IMG/VR virus record: IMGVR_UViG_3300032011_004028
Location: 1 to 64,000 of that record
DNA: 64,000 nucleotides
Reading direction: 5' to 3' (one strand)
From: a virus
Taxonomy: Duplodnaviria; Caudoviricetes
The notes under the pieces are model-generated. The model saw only the letters and a program-made list of their open reading frames with translations, was not told the DNA's origin and searched no databases. Positions 34,070-43,765 of this stretch are shown piece after piece (positions within the stretch are counted from its first letter, which is position 1; each line of letters begins with the position of its first letter). A program made the position numbers and the translations under genes.

Positions 34070-37000
34070 GACTTAGGGATACTGCTGACTAACATTGTGG
34101 TTCCGTCTGGGAACTTAGTTCTGGTGACTAAAAAGATAATTCCACCTACATTTTCTTCCATAGTGTAATTTGTCGTGCTGCCTTGAGGTGGAGCAGGGGC
34201 CATTGCGCCTGTGGAGATGATATTGTAGTTTATTCCTTCTGTTCCTACTCTTACTCCAACATGTATAAGAGCAGGTTCACTATCACTGTTTCGTACCCCG
34301 GATGAAGTCATCCCAAGATGAGACGCGTAAGTACTTACCCCATCGCCTACCAGTTCGAGAAAATTCTCTCCTACAAACTCCAGATCATAAGGGAGAGCAA
34401 CCTGAGCTTCATTCGAATTCCCCGACACATATTGTGAAGGCTCCCTATTTTGACCATTTATTAAATTGTACCCTGTCACCCTGTCTAAGTACTGCCCACT
34501 TAAATTAATAAGCCCTCCTTGCTGAACCGTGACGGGGTGAAATCCGGTGACACAAAAAGAGTCCCCTGTGATAGCAAGCGAGCCGCCGTTTCCTGTTCCA
34601 TAAAAGCTTAACTTTTTATCGACTATACTATAAGCATGCGAGGGAGCGCCCAGATCGCTATCTCCTAGTACGGCTCCTGTTATAGTGGGAGAAGGAAGCT
34701 GAAAATCAGCGTAAGAAGTGTTTAAGGTATACTCGCTTGGAGTATAAAGAAGATCCCCGGTCCCTACAGAAGGCGCAGTTGAGATGTACGACTGAGTCCA
34801 CCATGGATCAATTATAAAAGGGGTGCCTGTCTCTATGGCTTCCCTCGGAAACTCCACCTCTATCTTTGTATAAAAGGTATTAGCGACTCCCCCTATAGTA
34901 GCTGTTCCCGTGGAATAACTTTTTATACCGAAAGGCTCTTCGTAACCGGGCGCGGGCGGTGCCATCACTACTCCGACATGGGGGTACACGGGATTTCTCC
35001 ACCCACTAAATCCCACAATCTTCACACCACTTCCACTTTCCGAAATGGATGAAACAGAGCCGATATTAGGGTCAAATGAATTAATACCTGTGATAGAGAC
35101 GACGGTGTTAGGGGAAACTTGCCTATGCAAGTTCAACCCTTCCATGCCTGTGACGACCCCCACGGGGTAAAAAGGATTACTATCTATCGCATTGGACCTT
35201 CCTGTCACTCTTATATCCCCTTCTATTATTCCTGTTGGAACTTGAGTTTCTAGGGCGTAGGCGCCATCACTTAAAAGGGTTGTTGAGTGAGCCGTCGTCT
35301 TAATGTATCCTCCAGTTGGAGAAACGAATAGAAAGTCCATGCCACTAATGTTATAGCCCGTCATTTTCATCGTTTCGGCAGGAGCTAAATAATTATCAAA
35401 GCCTGAAACACTAATTAAATTGATCCCGGTAGGGTTACTGTCAGTGACCCTACCTAAAGAATCTAAAAGTTGGAACTTACCACTTGCCCCATTGATGGCA
35501 TTGGGCACTTCTAACCCTAAAACAGAATAATTCTGCTCAACAAAATTACTGAAATCTAAAGAACCAGACTGCCCAGAGAATCTTACACCTGTGACAAGGT
35601 TCATACGTGCTCCCGAAATAGTTAGCCGGTCTCCTTCCGCGAAGACCTGTTCGTAATCAATTATATTAGGAGCCCTAACTCCACTGTAATAACCGCTTAT
35701 ATCTGGCGCACTTGGGGTGACACTTAGGAATCCCGTCGACTCAACAAATCCGCCGCTAGTAGCTATTGATATGAGGTCGCTTTGAGTATTTGGTGGGATG
35801 GTAAAACGAAACCCAGTGGTGCCAGTTTGGGTGAAGTCGCTAACGGTAGAAAGACCCACCGACAAACCACTCTCCACAATATTTTCTAAATGGCCCGAAA
35901 CCGTTATGACTTCTCCAAATTCTCCACTTAAGGGCTCAAACCCACTGATAAAAGGAGTACTTAATACGGTTATGTGAGAATCAGCGTCTGTATGCGGAGA
36001 TGCACTCCTCCTGTTACGTGCTCTTAGTCGATATTCAATTCCTGTCTCGAAACTGGCGGGGTATTGGAATTTCAATACGTCGTGATTGGTTAAATCATAC
36101 CCGCTCACAGGCAGGTTCGAGTAATACTTAAAGGTCGACGTAGGACCTGTACCTGTCCATAATTCTAGAGTAGTACCACTATATAGACACGTTCCCTCAA
36201 ACAATCCAGTGACACCGGGCACGACTTCGATAGACGGGGTTACGGAAGAGACTGTAGGATTTCCGAATACAAAAAAGATATTTTCCCCAGTAACCGATCC
36301 ATAAAAACCAGAGAGAACCATATCGAAAGATTCTCCGTAGCTACTCCCCAAACTAGCGGCGCTTCCTATCTCAAAAGCTAGCTCAAAACCGGGGGAAATC
36401 TCGGCTATCGACCCAGCATCATATGTCCCAATACCCACGTTTGAGTATGGGGTAAAATTTACGCCGGTTATTCCATAAAGGTCATTTCCCTTTATAGTTA
36501 CGGTGTCCCCCTGTATACCGGAAGATGGTGTGATGCTTGTAATTTTAGGTAAACCTATAGTTGGCGTAAAATAAGACTCCGATGGATAGCTTTCGGGATA
36601 ATTGTCAGAAAATAACGTGACTAACCCAGATGATACCTCAGGGCTTATCCCCACATTCCCTCCAGAGGTGGCAATAGGGATACCTGTAGGGATTAGACCG
36701 GAAACAAGAGTGTCGCTAATTAATTTAAACTCACCCGTTTGACCCATTATTGAGCCGAGATAGTTACTCCCTGTTTTATACAAGATGCCCGTAGTAAAAT
36801 TTTCTCCTGATACTAACAACAAGGTTCCCGTACTTCCTGCCGGTTTAGAAGCGTTAACCCCTACGGTTGAATATGCTGTTCCCGTAATTCGAGCCAATGG
36901 AGATAAAGGGAAATCGTCTATTGGGGAAACCTGACCGCTCTGCAAAAGCAAATCAGCTTTACCACGAATATTCCCAGAAGGAACAATGGCTGTAACGGTA

Positions 37001-37635
37001 TTAGGCGAAAGAGTTGTAGCGGCAATTAAATTATTATTTTGAGCAAAGCGAATCCCGGTAACCCCACTCAAGGAGAACCCTGTAATAAATAACGATTCTC
37101 CCGAAGCTAACTGATAAGAGTTAAGGCCTGAAATTGCAGGGATAGGAACGAATTCATCCACGCTAAGACCACTAGCCAACGTTTGATTACCATTTAACCC
37201 GGTCCGTAAGGAAGAAAAGACGGTGACCCCCCTATAGTCTGCGTCTTGAGGAACCACTGACTCGATAGTATTAGGGTCTACTAACTGAAAACTACTTTCT
37301 ACATCTCCAAATTTTACATTAGTTATTTGATAAAAATTTTCTCCTGAAATTGTAAAGATATTACCAGCTGCCCCGCTTATCGAAGGAAGAGTTCCGACTA
37401 AAACCTGATCATCTGTTGTCAAAATAATATCCTGCACTCCTAATGAAAAGGTCCCATGAGAAGTTAAGGCTAAAATCTCTTGAGTGTAAGCGTCTAAAGG
37501 GACTGTGCCGGATATTCCTGTTGCGCCTATGAGCTCAAGATCCGTAACGAAACTCTCTCCAAACTTAACGTCACGGATGAAGTTGAGGTTACTTCCGCTT
37601 ATCGAGAATGGGGTATTTGGACTTAAATACGACAT
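34066..37635 (-). CDS. Ig-like (IPT/TIG) repeat virion protein, probable tail fibre/appendage
   Basis: Repeats such as PKITSITPSSGIQGDTVTIKG and PFISGFEPLSGEFGEVITVSG; Gly/Ser/Thr-rich; 1189 aa. Confidence 0.7.
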   Translation of the reverse strand: MSYLSPNTPFSISGSNLNFIRDVKFGESFVTDLELIGATGISGTVPLDAYTQEILALTSHGTFSLGVQDIILTTDDQVLVGTLPSISGAAGNIFTISGENFYQITNVKFGDVESSFQLVDPNTIESVVPQDADYRGVTVFSSLRTGLNGNQTLASGLSVDEFVPIPAISGLNSYQLASGESLFITGFSLSGVTGIRFAQNNNLIAATTLSPNTVTAIVPSGNIRGKADLLLQSGQVSPIDDFPLSPLARITGTAYSTVGVNASKPAGSTGTLLLVSGENFTTGILYKTGSNYLGSIMGQTGEFKLISDTLVSGLIPTGIPIATSGGNVGISPEVSSGLVTLFSDNYPESYPSESYFTPTIGLPKITSITPSSGIQGDTVTIKGNDLYGITGVNFTPYSNVGIGTYDAGSIAEISPGFELAFEIGSAASLGSSYGESFDMVLSGFYGSVTGENIFFVFGNPTVSSVTPSIEVVPGVTGLFEGTCLYSGTTLELWTGTGPTSTFKYYSNLPVSGYDLTNHDVLKFQYPASFETGIEYRLRARNRRSASPHTDADSHITVLSTPFISGFEPLSGEFGEVITVSGHLENIVESGLSVGLSTVSDFTQTGTTGFRFTIPPNTQSDLISIATSGGFVESTGFLSVTPSAPDISGYYSGVRAPNIIDYEQVFAEGDRLTISGARMNLVTGVRFSGQSGSLDFSNFVEQNYSVLGLEVPNAINGASGKFQLLDSLGRVTDSNPTGINLISVSGFDNYLAPAETMKMTGYNISGMDFLFVSPTGGYIKTTAHSTTLLSDGAYALETQVPTGIIEGDIRVTGRSNAIDSNPFYPVGVVTGMEGLNLHRQVSPNTVVSITGINSFDPNIGSVSSISESGSGVKIVGFSGWRNPVYPHVGVVMAPPAPGYEEPFGIKSYSTGTATIGGVANTFYTKIEVEFPREAIETGTPFIIDPWWTQSYISTAPSVGTGDLLYTPSEYTLNTSYADFQLPSPTITGAVLGDSDLGAPSHAYSIVDKKLSFYGTGNGGSLAITGDSFCVTGFHPVTVQQGGLINLSGQYLDRVTGYNLINGQNREPSQYVSGNSNEAQVALPYDLEFVGENFLELVGDGVSTYASHLGMTSSGVRNSDSEPALIHVGVRVGTEGINYNIISTGAMAPAPPQGSTTNYTMEENVGGIIFLVTRTKFPDGTTMLVSSIPKS

Positions 37636-37638
37636 TTT

Positions 37639-38505
37639 TTATCCTTGGAACGTAGTGCTCCCCATTCCGACATTCCCTCCCGCTGAATTAAACAGGATCA
37701 CCGGATTTACTATTTTTATTTGACTATCATTTTGGATAACGTTAATGCTTTGCTTAATATAAGCTCCCGCAGCAGAAGCTAAATTGCGAGATTGCATAAC
37801 TCCCGAACATGAAAAAACATCTAAATTGGTAAAGTCATTGACCGCTCCTCCTCTTAATTTAACTTCTATTTTAGCCTCACTTCCGTCAACGGGGAGATTC
37901 CCAGTCGGGTTATCTACTTCAAAATTCATGCTTGTAGTTTTTTTACCAAAGCTAATACTACTAGGTTTAGTTTCCCCCATTAAATAAACAGGAGCTACTT
38001 CCGAACTATAATTATACCCCCCCGCAATAAAATTGTTTATTATGTCTGTCTCAAAGTCTGAAGTTACCGCAATTCTGGAAGTGTTCAATACGGTAGCCGC
38101 TTGGGCTTGCTCCTCTGTGGGCGTAAACGTTCCTTGGAGATCGTCAAAAAAAGCAATAGACACACTCGCTGTGACCGGGGAATTAGGCGAAAAGTCGACG
38201 TTATAGGAAGTCAAATATCCACTATCAAAATTCAACCCCCCAAAGTTTCCAGAGATGGTTTGGCTGGCGCTTTGAGGAATTTCCCCTTGCCCAGTGATAA
38301 AAGATTTAAAATAATCATTCCCCGTTAAAAAATAATTGAACTGCAGTGACCCCGCAATACCGTTAGACGCTGCATAAAAGTTAGTGTTTCTATCCCCTAT
38401 TACATAATTAGCCTCAAGAGAAGCACTTAAAGAAAGAGAAGCATTAGAGGCTAGTATTTCTGTCCCATTGATTTTAAGAGTGGCGTTGTTTGCGGAATAT
38501 AGCAC
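37639..38505 (-). CDS. Tail-tube-like paralog 1 (tandem tube fold)
   Basis: Similar by eye to 38507-39403, 39434-40276 and the major tail protein; GYLTSYNVDF. Confidence 0.6.
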   Translation of the reverse strand: MLYSANNATLKINGTEILASNASLSLSASLEANYVIGDRNTNFYAASNGIAGSLQFNYFLTGNDYFKSFITGQGEIPQSASQTISGNFGGLNFDSGYLTSYNVDFSPNSPVTASVSIAFFDDLQGTFTPTEEQAQAATVLNTSRIAVTSDFETDIINNFIAGGYNYSSEVAPVYLMGETKPSSISFGKKTTSMNFEVDNPTGNLPVDGSEAKIEVKLRGGAVNDFTNLDVFSCSGVMQSRNLASAAGAYIKQSINVIQNDSQIKIVNPVILFNSAGGNVGMGSTTFQG

Positions 38506-38506
38506 A

Positions 38507-39403
38507 TTAATAAGCTGCTGTTAAAGTTTTTTGGCTTCGGATTATATCGTCCAGCCCCGCCGTAGCTGATGTAGAAACCTGTACGCCACTTATCATCTTG
38601 ACCTCCATTTGTTGAAGAGCGTTACCGTCCACACTTCTTAACTCTATTAAATAATCTGCGGGAACTCCTGTGTATGCCAGCCCCGAATTAAATATATCCT
38701 CCGCAACGTTTACAGATTCGGAAGCGTTGGTATAAAGAGTTAACTCTGGAAATTCTTGCCCTACCCTGTATATAGGATTGTGACTAAAAGAGATAGAATA
38801 GTCGGCAGAATAAACTACCCCTGCTTGATTCCCCCCTCCTGCAGCTGGCGCGTTAATAGTGGTTTGAAGTCCCTCCACATTTATATATCTACCATGGGCA
38901 ACTCCGGTTGCTACCGCGACCCCTCCGGGATTTGATAAGTTCACAGTGTCCCCGCTAAGCCGACCACTGATAGGAAGACCCTGATGACCATCCCCGTCTA
39001 TACCTCCAAAAAAACTAAATGAAGCGCTAGAAGTAGATACGGAATTACTTGCCGTGTTAAAAGCATAAGAGTTTAAAAATCCAATACCGCTTACCCCCGC
39101 GCATTTGACAATAATACCGGAACCCGTAGACCCAATAGAATGCTTTAGACCACTTGCAAGATAGTTTATGACGTTACCTGCATGACCATGTGTAGAGCCT
39201 GTTATACTAGTGAGGAAATTAAAAGATATATCACCCGCTCGTGGTCCTGCTGGCACGTGGCCTAGGCTCCCTTTATTTCCTATCACATAGAGAGGTTGCA
39301 GAGAATTATTGAAGTTTATACTACAATCCGACGCTAAAAGGGTTTCACTCACCCCCGCAACCGTGACTTCTACCGCCGCCTTATCATAAAATACCTGTGC
39401 CAT
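38507..39403 (-). CDS. Tail-tube-like paralog 2
   Basis: LQPLYVIG, GFLNSYAF, HNPIYRVG. Confidence 0.6.
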   Translation of the reverse strand: MAQVFYDKAAVEVTVAGVSETLLASDCSINFNNSLQPLYVIGNKGSLGHVPAGPRAGDISFNFLTSITGSTHGHAGNVINYLASGLKHSIGSTGSGIIVKCAGVSGIGFLNSYAFNTASNSVSTSSASFSFFGGIDGDGHQGLPISGRLSGDTVNLSNPGGVAVATGVAHGRYINVEGLQTTINAPAAGGGNQAGVVYSADYSISFSHNPIYRVGQEFPELTLYTNASESVNVAEDIFNSGLAYTGVPADYLIELRSVDGNALQQMEVKMISGVQVSTSATAGLDDIIRSQKTLTAAY

Positions 39404-39433
39404 ATCCTTTAGTAGTTAGTTATTACACTCTTT

Positions 39434-40276
39434 TCACCTCAAAATGAAAGATCTTAAGTTAAAATTAACCCCCGCATTGCCTTGGTCGCTAGCTTGGAAA
39501 GACTCCGAGGTTAAAAGCATATCATCAAAAGAGTACTCTAATAATTTAGTCTGAGAGTTGTTTTTATTCAAAGTTATTTTAGTATTCTTGAAAACTGTTT
39601 CTTCAGGAACAAACCTCATATTTTTAATCTCGTAGTCATCTACATCTAATACGAAATTCACATTTACCTCCACAGGAGTGCCCGCTATCACTCCCGTCGG
39701 GACATCCAAGCCCACAGCATAGAGAGGAACCCGAGGGGTAGCTATTTCAATACTGAAAGAAAGCATCCTATTAGTATTGAATTCACCCAAATTCACTTCC
39801 ATTGAATTGTAACTGGGGATACTCAGGACCGGCTCCGTTGGACTTCCCTGCTCCCAAGACGAAACGTAATTTCCTGTACCCATTTGTCCATAAATAACGG
39901 AGGTGGTTGATGTACTCGGTACCTCCCCGATACCGCATGACATAGTGTAGGTCTCCAAATAAGCTTCCGTAAAGTCGATTCTCTCACTTCCATACCTTAC
40001 TATTCCACTAAAAGATAAATCTCCGGTAAAATTCAGTAGCGGGTCAGAGGCCGTTATGTCACTATAATTTTCTGGATAATAGTGAGTAAGAAGCGTATTC
40101 AGCTGCAAACTTGCCGTCTGGGGGCCTTGAGGAGCGTATTTTATGCTATTTATACCTAAATTAGAGAGCGGAGATCCAGCTACTGAGTCATAACTTAACT
40201 GAGCAGAGGTTAAACTCTGTATCCCCGTGCCGTTAATAGTAACGTTCTCCGCATTTCGCCTAATTCTTCCTAACAT
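39434..40276 (-). CDS. Tail-tube-like paralog 3
   Basis: AYLETYTMS, RVPLYAVG, LLTSESF. Confidence 0.6.
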   Translation of the reverse strand: MLGRIRRNAENVTINGTGIQSLTSAQLSYDSVAGSPLSNLGINSIKYAPQGPQTASLQLNTLLTHYYPENYSDITASDPLLNFTGDLSFSGIVRYGSERIDFTEAYLETYTMSCGIGEVPSTSTTSVIYGQMGTGNYVSSWEQGSPTEPVLSIPSYNSMEVNLGEFNTNRMLSFSIEIATPRVPLYAVGLDVPTGVIAGTPVEVNVNFVLDVDDYEIKNMRFVPEETVFKNTKITLNKNNSQTKLLEYSFDDMLLTSESFQASDQGNAGVNFNLRSFILR

Positions 40277-40291
40277 TGCCTTATCTTTATT

Positions 40292-40313
40292 TTACACTTC
40301 TTTTTACGTGTAA
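40292..40313. promoter_or_regulatory. Back-to-back GTGTAA motifs (TTACAC-N10-GTGTAA) in the divergent tail intergenic region
   Basis: Perfect 6-bp inverted repeat between divergent starts at 40276 and 40338. Confidence 0.65.
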
Positions 40314-40337
40314 TATAATAAAAAGGAATAAGGAAGT

Positions 40338-40925
40338 ATGGCATTTGACAATAGCGTTTATAATGTGGAGAAGTGGATCTCGGGTAAATCGTATTCAAAA
40401 AACGATATCGTCGCTCGCATAGAGTACGTAGGAGGCACTGCAAGCCTTAACCGTGTCCCTCGAAACATTAAGTATTATTACAATTTAACCGGTGCTAATA
40501 CCTCCACAGCTCCCGAAAATGACGCGACGAACTGGGGAGGATACACCTCTGTTAATAACAAAGAAATCCCCTTTTTCCTTTGGAAACCTTCTTATAATAT
40601 CTCCACAAGGCACAACCCCCGGGTTAATGTAGTTCAATTTGGTAATGGCTACGAGCAACGTAATCCAAATGGCCTCTTTAGCCAATTAATAACTTTAGAT
40701 ATAAATTTCGAGAAAAGAACTGAAGACGAGGCTCGGGCTATTATCCATTTTTTAAAGGCCCGGAAGGCTGTGGAAAGCTTTGCAATAAAAGAACTACCTA
40801 ATTTATACGCCGATAATACGGCTGGAGGATGGAAAAAAAGGTTCGTATGCCCTACTTTTAATAGTAATTATATTTTTTATAACAACTACAGCGTCACAGC
40901 AACCTTTAATCAAGAAAATAACTAA
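40338..40925 (+). CDS. Lambda gpM-like minor (distal) tail protein
   Basis: PRVNVVQFGNGYEQR..NG, ARAIIHFL; first gene of the M-L-K-I-J order. Confidence 0.8.
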   Translation: MAFDNSVYNVEKWISGKSYSKNDIVARIEYVGGTASLNRVPRNIKYYYNLTGANTSTAPENDATNWGGYTSVNNKEIPFFLWKPSYNISTRHNPRVNVVQFGNGYEQRNPNGLFSQLITLDINFEKRTEDEARAIIHFLKARKAVESFAIKELPNLYADNTAGGWKKRFVCPTFNSNYIFYNNYSVTATFNQENN

Positions 40926-40933
40926 AAATTTTC

Positions 40934-42184
40934 ATGAATAAAAGCCAAGCACACTCTTCGATTAAATCTCTCGCTCATGAAATGAGCAATTTGACGCCTT
41001 CTGCAATGGTGACCCTGTTTGAAATAGATCTTAGCGATATTTTAGATGCCGCGTCTCAACCGTCCCTTCAGGCTGAAGCGGCGAACATGGGTTTCCCCGG
41101 CGCTGTAGATAAGATCTTACGCTTTCATAATAATATTAAGGTCTTTAATTCCAAAATTATATGGAATGGCGAAGACTACTGGCCAGTACCGATCCAAGGG
41201 AGTGGTTTTGAAACTTCCAGCAAGGGAGCGCTTCCCACCCCTACTCTTACTATAGCCAGTCAAAGTAGTGAAGCTGTCACTCTTTTAACGCTGTTGAAGC
41301 ATTCTATTCTAAAGTTTGGGGATATCATCGGGGCAAAAGTGACCAGAAGACGTACCTTCGCCAAATATTTAGATTGGGAGAATTTTGATTTCAATACAAT
41401 TATAAGATCCAATCCTCGTGACAGAGTTTTCTCACCCAGAATGCAAGAACTTCCCGAGGGGTATGAACCAGATCCTAACGCCGAGCTCCCTCAGGACATT
41501 TACTATATCGAAAGAAAGACTTCGGAGAACAAGAATACTCTTCAATACCAACTTTCCTCTAGTCTGGATCTTGAAGGGGTAAAAATCCCCCGCCGCGTCA
41601 TTATCTCGGATAGATGCAATTGGGAATACCGAGGCCCGGGATGTTGGTATGAATGTGTAAATAAAAGTGAAATTGAAGATGGGAAACAAGGTGTTCCCGT
41701 CTTACAGAAAGCCCAGCTTTCAACCCACCAAATAACATTACCAGACCATGCTCCCCCTGTAGCAACCGACAATGACGAACTAATAAAATCTATTACAGGA
41801 AATACGGCTGGTTACAAAGGGTCAGTGCTGGATGAATGGGACCGCGACCAACAAGCAACAAATTCAACAGGAGGGATCATAAAAGATGTTAGCTACTCGA
41901 AGGATGAAGTAGTATATATAATTAAAGACAAGATCAAATACTATTTCGTGGCTAAAGGAGATGTCCCCCTTGCTACCCCTCCCCCTAATAGCGATTATTG
42001 GATCGCGGACGAGTGCTCCAAAACGTTACGTGGCTGCAGATTAAGATGGGGGGTCAATGGGCAGGCGGCCACGGGAGGTGGCTGCCTTATTGGAGGGGAC
42101 GCTGGAAGAGATGAAAATTCTAAAGCTGGAGGCCTCCCTTTTGGAGGGTTCCCTGCTGCGCGGAAAGTAGCCCGAGGAGGATAA
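40934..42184 (+). CDS. Lambda gpL-like minor tail protein
   Basis: VTLFEIDL, GAKVTRRRTFAKYLD, RCNWEYRGPGC, DECSKTLRGCRLR, LPFGGFP. Confidence 0.9.
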   Translation: MNKSQAHSSIKSLAHEMSNLTPSAMVTLFEIDLSDILDAASQPSLQAEAANMGFPGAVDKILRFHNNIKVFNSKIIWNGEDYWPVPIQGSGFETSSKGALPTPTLTIASQSSEAVTLLTLLKHSILKFGDIIGAKVTRRRTFAKYLDWENFDFNTIIRSNPRDRVFSPRMQELPEGYEPDPNAELPQDIYYIERKTSENKNTLQYQLSSSLDLEGVKIPRRVIISDRCNWEYRGPGCWYECVNKSEIEDGKQGVPVLQKAQLSTHQITLPDHAPPVATDNDELIKSITGNTAGYKGSVLDEWDRDQQATNSTGGIIKDVSYSKDEVVYIIKDKIKYYFVAKGDVPLATPPPNSDYWIADECSKTLRGCRLRWGVNGQAATGGGCLIGGDAGRDENSKAGGLPFGGFPAARKVARGG

Positions 42185-42984
42185 TGATGATCGCTGACTA
42201 TATTAAAAAACAAATAAGGACCCATGCTCAAGAAAATTCAGAACAGGAATGCTGCGGCTTCGTCTTCGAAAAAGAAGCGTTACAATGTTACAATAGGTCC
42301 GAAAATCCCAGTGCTCACTTCAGTATTTCCCCGCGAGACTATCTCCAAGCGTCTCGCAAAGGGGAGATAAGAGGGGTCTATCATTCTCATATCGGGAATA
42401 ATAAAGAATTTTCCATGGAGGATAAACAAATGAGTCATGGACATAACGTACCTTACTTCCTTTACCATTTACCCACAGACAACTTTTTATGCTACGATCC
42501 TAAAAAAGAAAAAGTCGTAGATATTGATAAAAAATTCGAATTAGGAAAAAGAGATTGCTACACCTTAGTAAAAGATTATTACAAAGACTTAGGGGTAGAA
42601 GTTTCAGGAAACAACGATCTTGGTACTGACTGGTTAGAAAGGAATCCGGACTTAATAGAAAATCTTTTTGATCTTAATAAAATGGACACTGAAACGTTGG
42701 AGGCTTTAAAAGATAAAGACGACGACCTAACAGGACTGCCCATCTCAAGAATAGAATGGTGCGACTGCCCCTCTTGCGGCCTTAAGCTTCTCAAAAAACA
42801 TGACGTATTAGTTTTTGAGTTAATTAAGGGTGCTGGCCCATGTCACGTAGGAGTTTATATAGGAGAAGGAATGATGTACCATCATCCTCGCAAACGGTTT
42901 CCCACTACTGAAAAGCTTTCGGGGCTCATAAGAAAAAAAATCTTTAAAATATACAGATACAACAATTTAAATGAACAGAGTTAA
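42184..42984 (+). CDS. Lambda gpK-like tail assembly protein (JAB/MPN + NlpC/P60)
   Basis: ECCG, HSH-x7-S-x2-D JAMM motif, DCYTLVKDYY, HVGVY. Confidence 0.88.
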   Translation: MMIADYIKKQIRTHAQENSEQECCGFVFEKEALQCYNRSENPSAHFSISPRDYLQASRKGEIRGVYHSHIGNNKEFSMEDKQMSHGHNVPYFLYHLPTDNFLCYDPKKEKVVDIDKKFELGKRDCYTLVKDYYKDLGVEVSGNNDLGTDWLERNPDLIENLFDLNKMDTETLEALKDKDDDLTGLPISRIEWCDCPSCGLKLLKKHDVLVFELIKGAGPCHVGVYIGEGMMYHHPRKRFPTTEKLSGLIRKKIFKIYRYNNLNEQS

Positions 42985-43765
42985 AGTTACATTGCATGGA
43001 ATTCTTGCTGAGCAAGTCGGTGAAAAAGAATGGAATCTTAAAGCGGCGAATGTGCGAGACGCGATAAGGGGGGTCCAGTCTAGTTGTAAAAAATTCTATA
43101 CGTGCCTTCTAAATAATGACAAAAAGAATATTAAATATCGCGTTCTAATCAATGAGCAAGATTTCCTTATTGAGGAAGGTAAAGATCCGAGCACTCCCGA
43201 AGGACTGAAATCTTCCCAACTTTGTTTAGAAAAAATCTCAAATTTGAAATCTATTGATATAGTGCCCGTCATAGAAGGCTCTGAGGATTGGTTTGATTGG
43301 TTCACTATCATCTTGGGGGTAGCCTTAATTTGGATTGGTGCTCCAATGGCTATGGGAGCAGCTGGATGGGGTAGTATGTATGGGGCGGCAGTAGTAGCAG
43401 GTATAGGTCTTGTTGCTGCGGGGGTAGCAAACCTTCTGACTCCTGATCCAGAATTTGATGATTTTAGAGAGATAGAAGGAGGAGGGAGGCCTTCCTATAC
43501 TTTTTCGGGACCTCAAAACGTAACTAATGAAGGTGGGCCAGTTTTTGTAGGCTATGGAAGGCTCCTTGTAGGGAGCCAAGTAATACAAGCTTCTAACGAT
43601 ATTGCTGATGCTTCAGCCGGAGTTCCTTTTACAAAAAACCCTAATAAAGGTAACAATAATATCGTATGGGGCCGCACAGATTACGGCTTAAGATATAATA
43701 TAAGAGGAACCGACCAAAGGCTCTATAAGAGGATTCTCCAAATCAACAAACCTTTTGCAACATGA
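42971..43765 (+). CDS. Lambda gpI-like tail assembly protein
   Basis: VTLHGILAEQVG, IDIVPVIEG, hydrophobic segment, GGPVFVGYGRLLVGSQVI. Confidence 0.88.
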   Translation: MNRVKVTLHGILAEQVGEKEWNLKAANVRDAIRGVQSSCKKFYTCLLNNDKKNIKYRVLINEQDFLIEEGKDPSTPEGLKSSQLCLEKISNLKSIDIVPVIEGSEDWFDWFTIILGVALIWIGAPMAMGAAGWGSMYGAAVVAGIGLVAAGVANLLTPDPEFDDFREIEGGGRPSYTFSGPQNVTNEGGPVFVGYGRLLVGSQVIQASNDIADASAGVPFTKNPNKGNNNIVWGRTDYGLRYNIRGTDQRLYKRILQINKPFAT

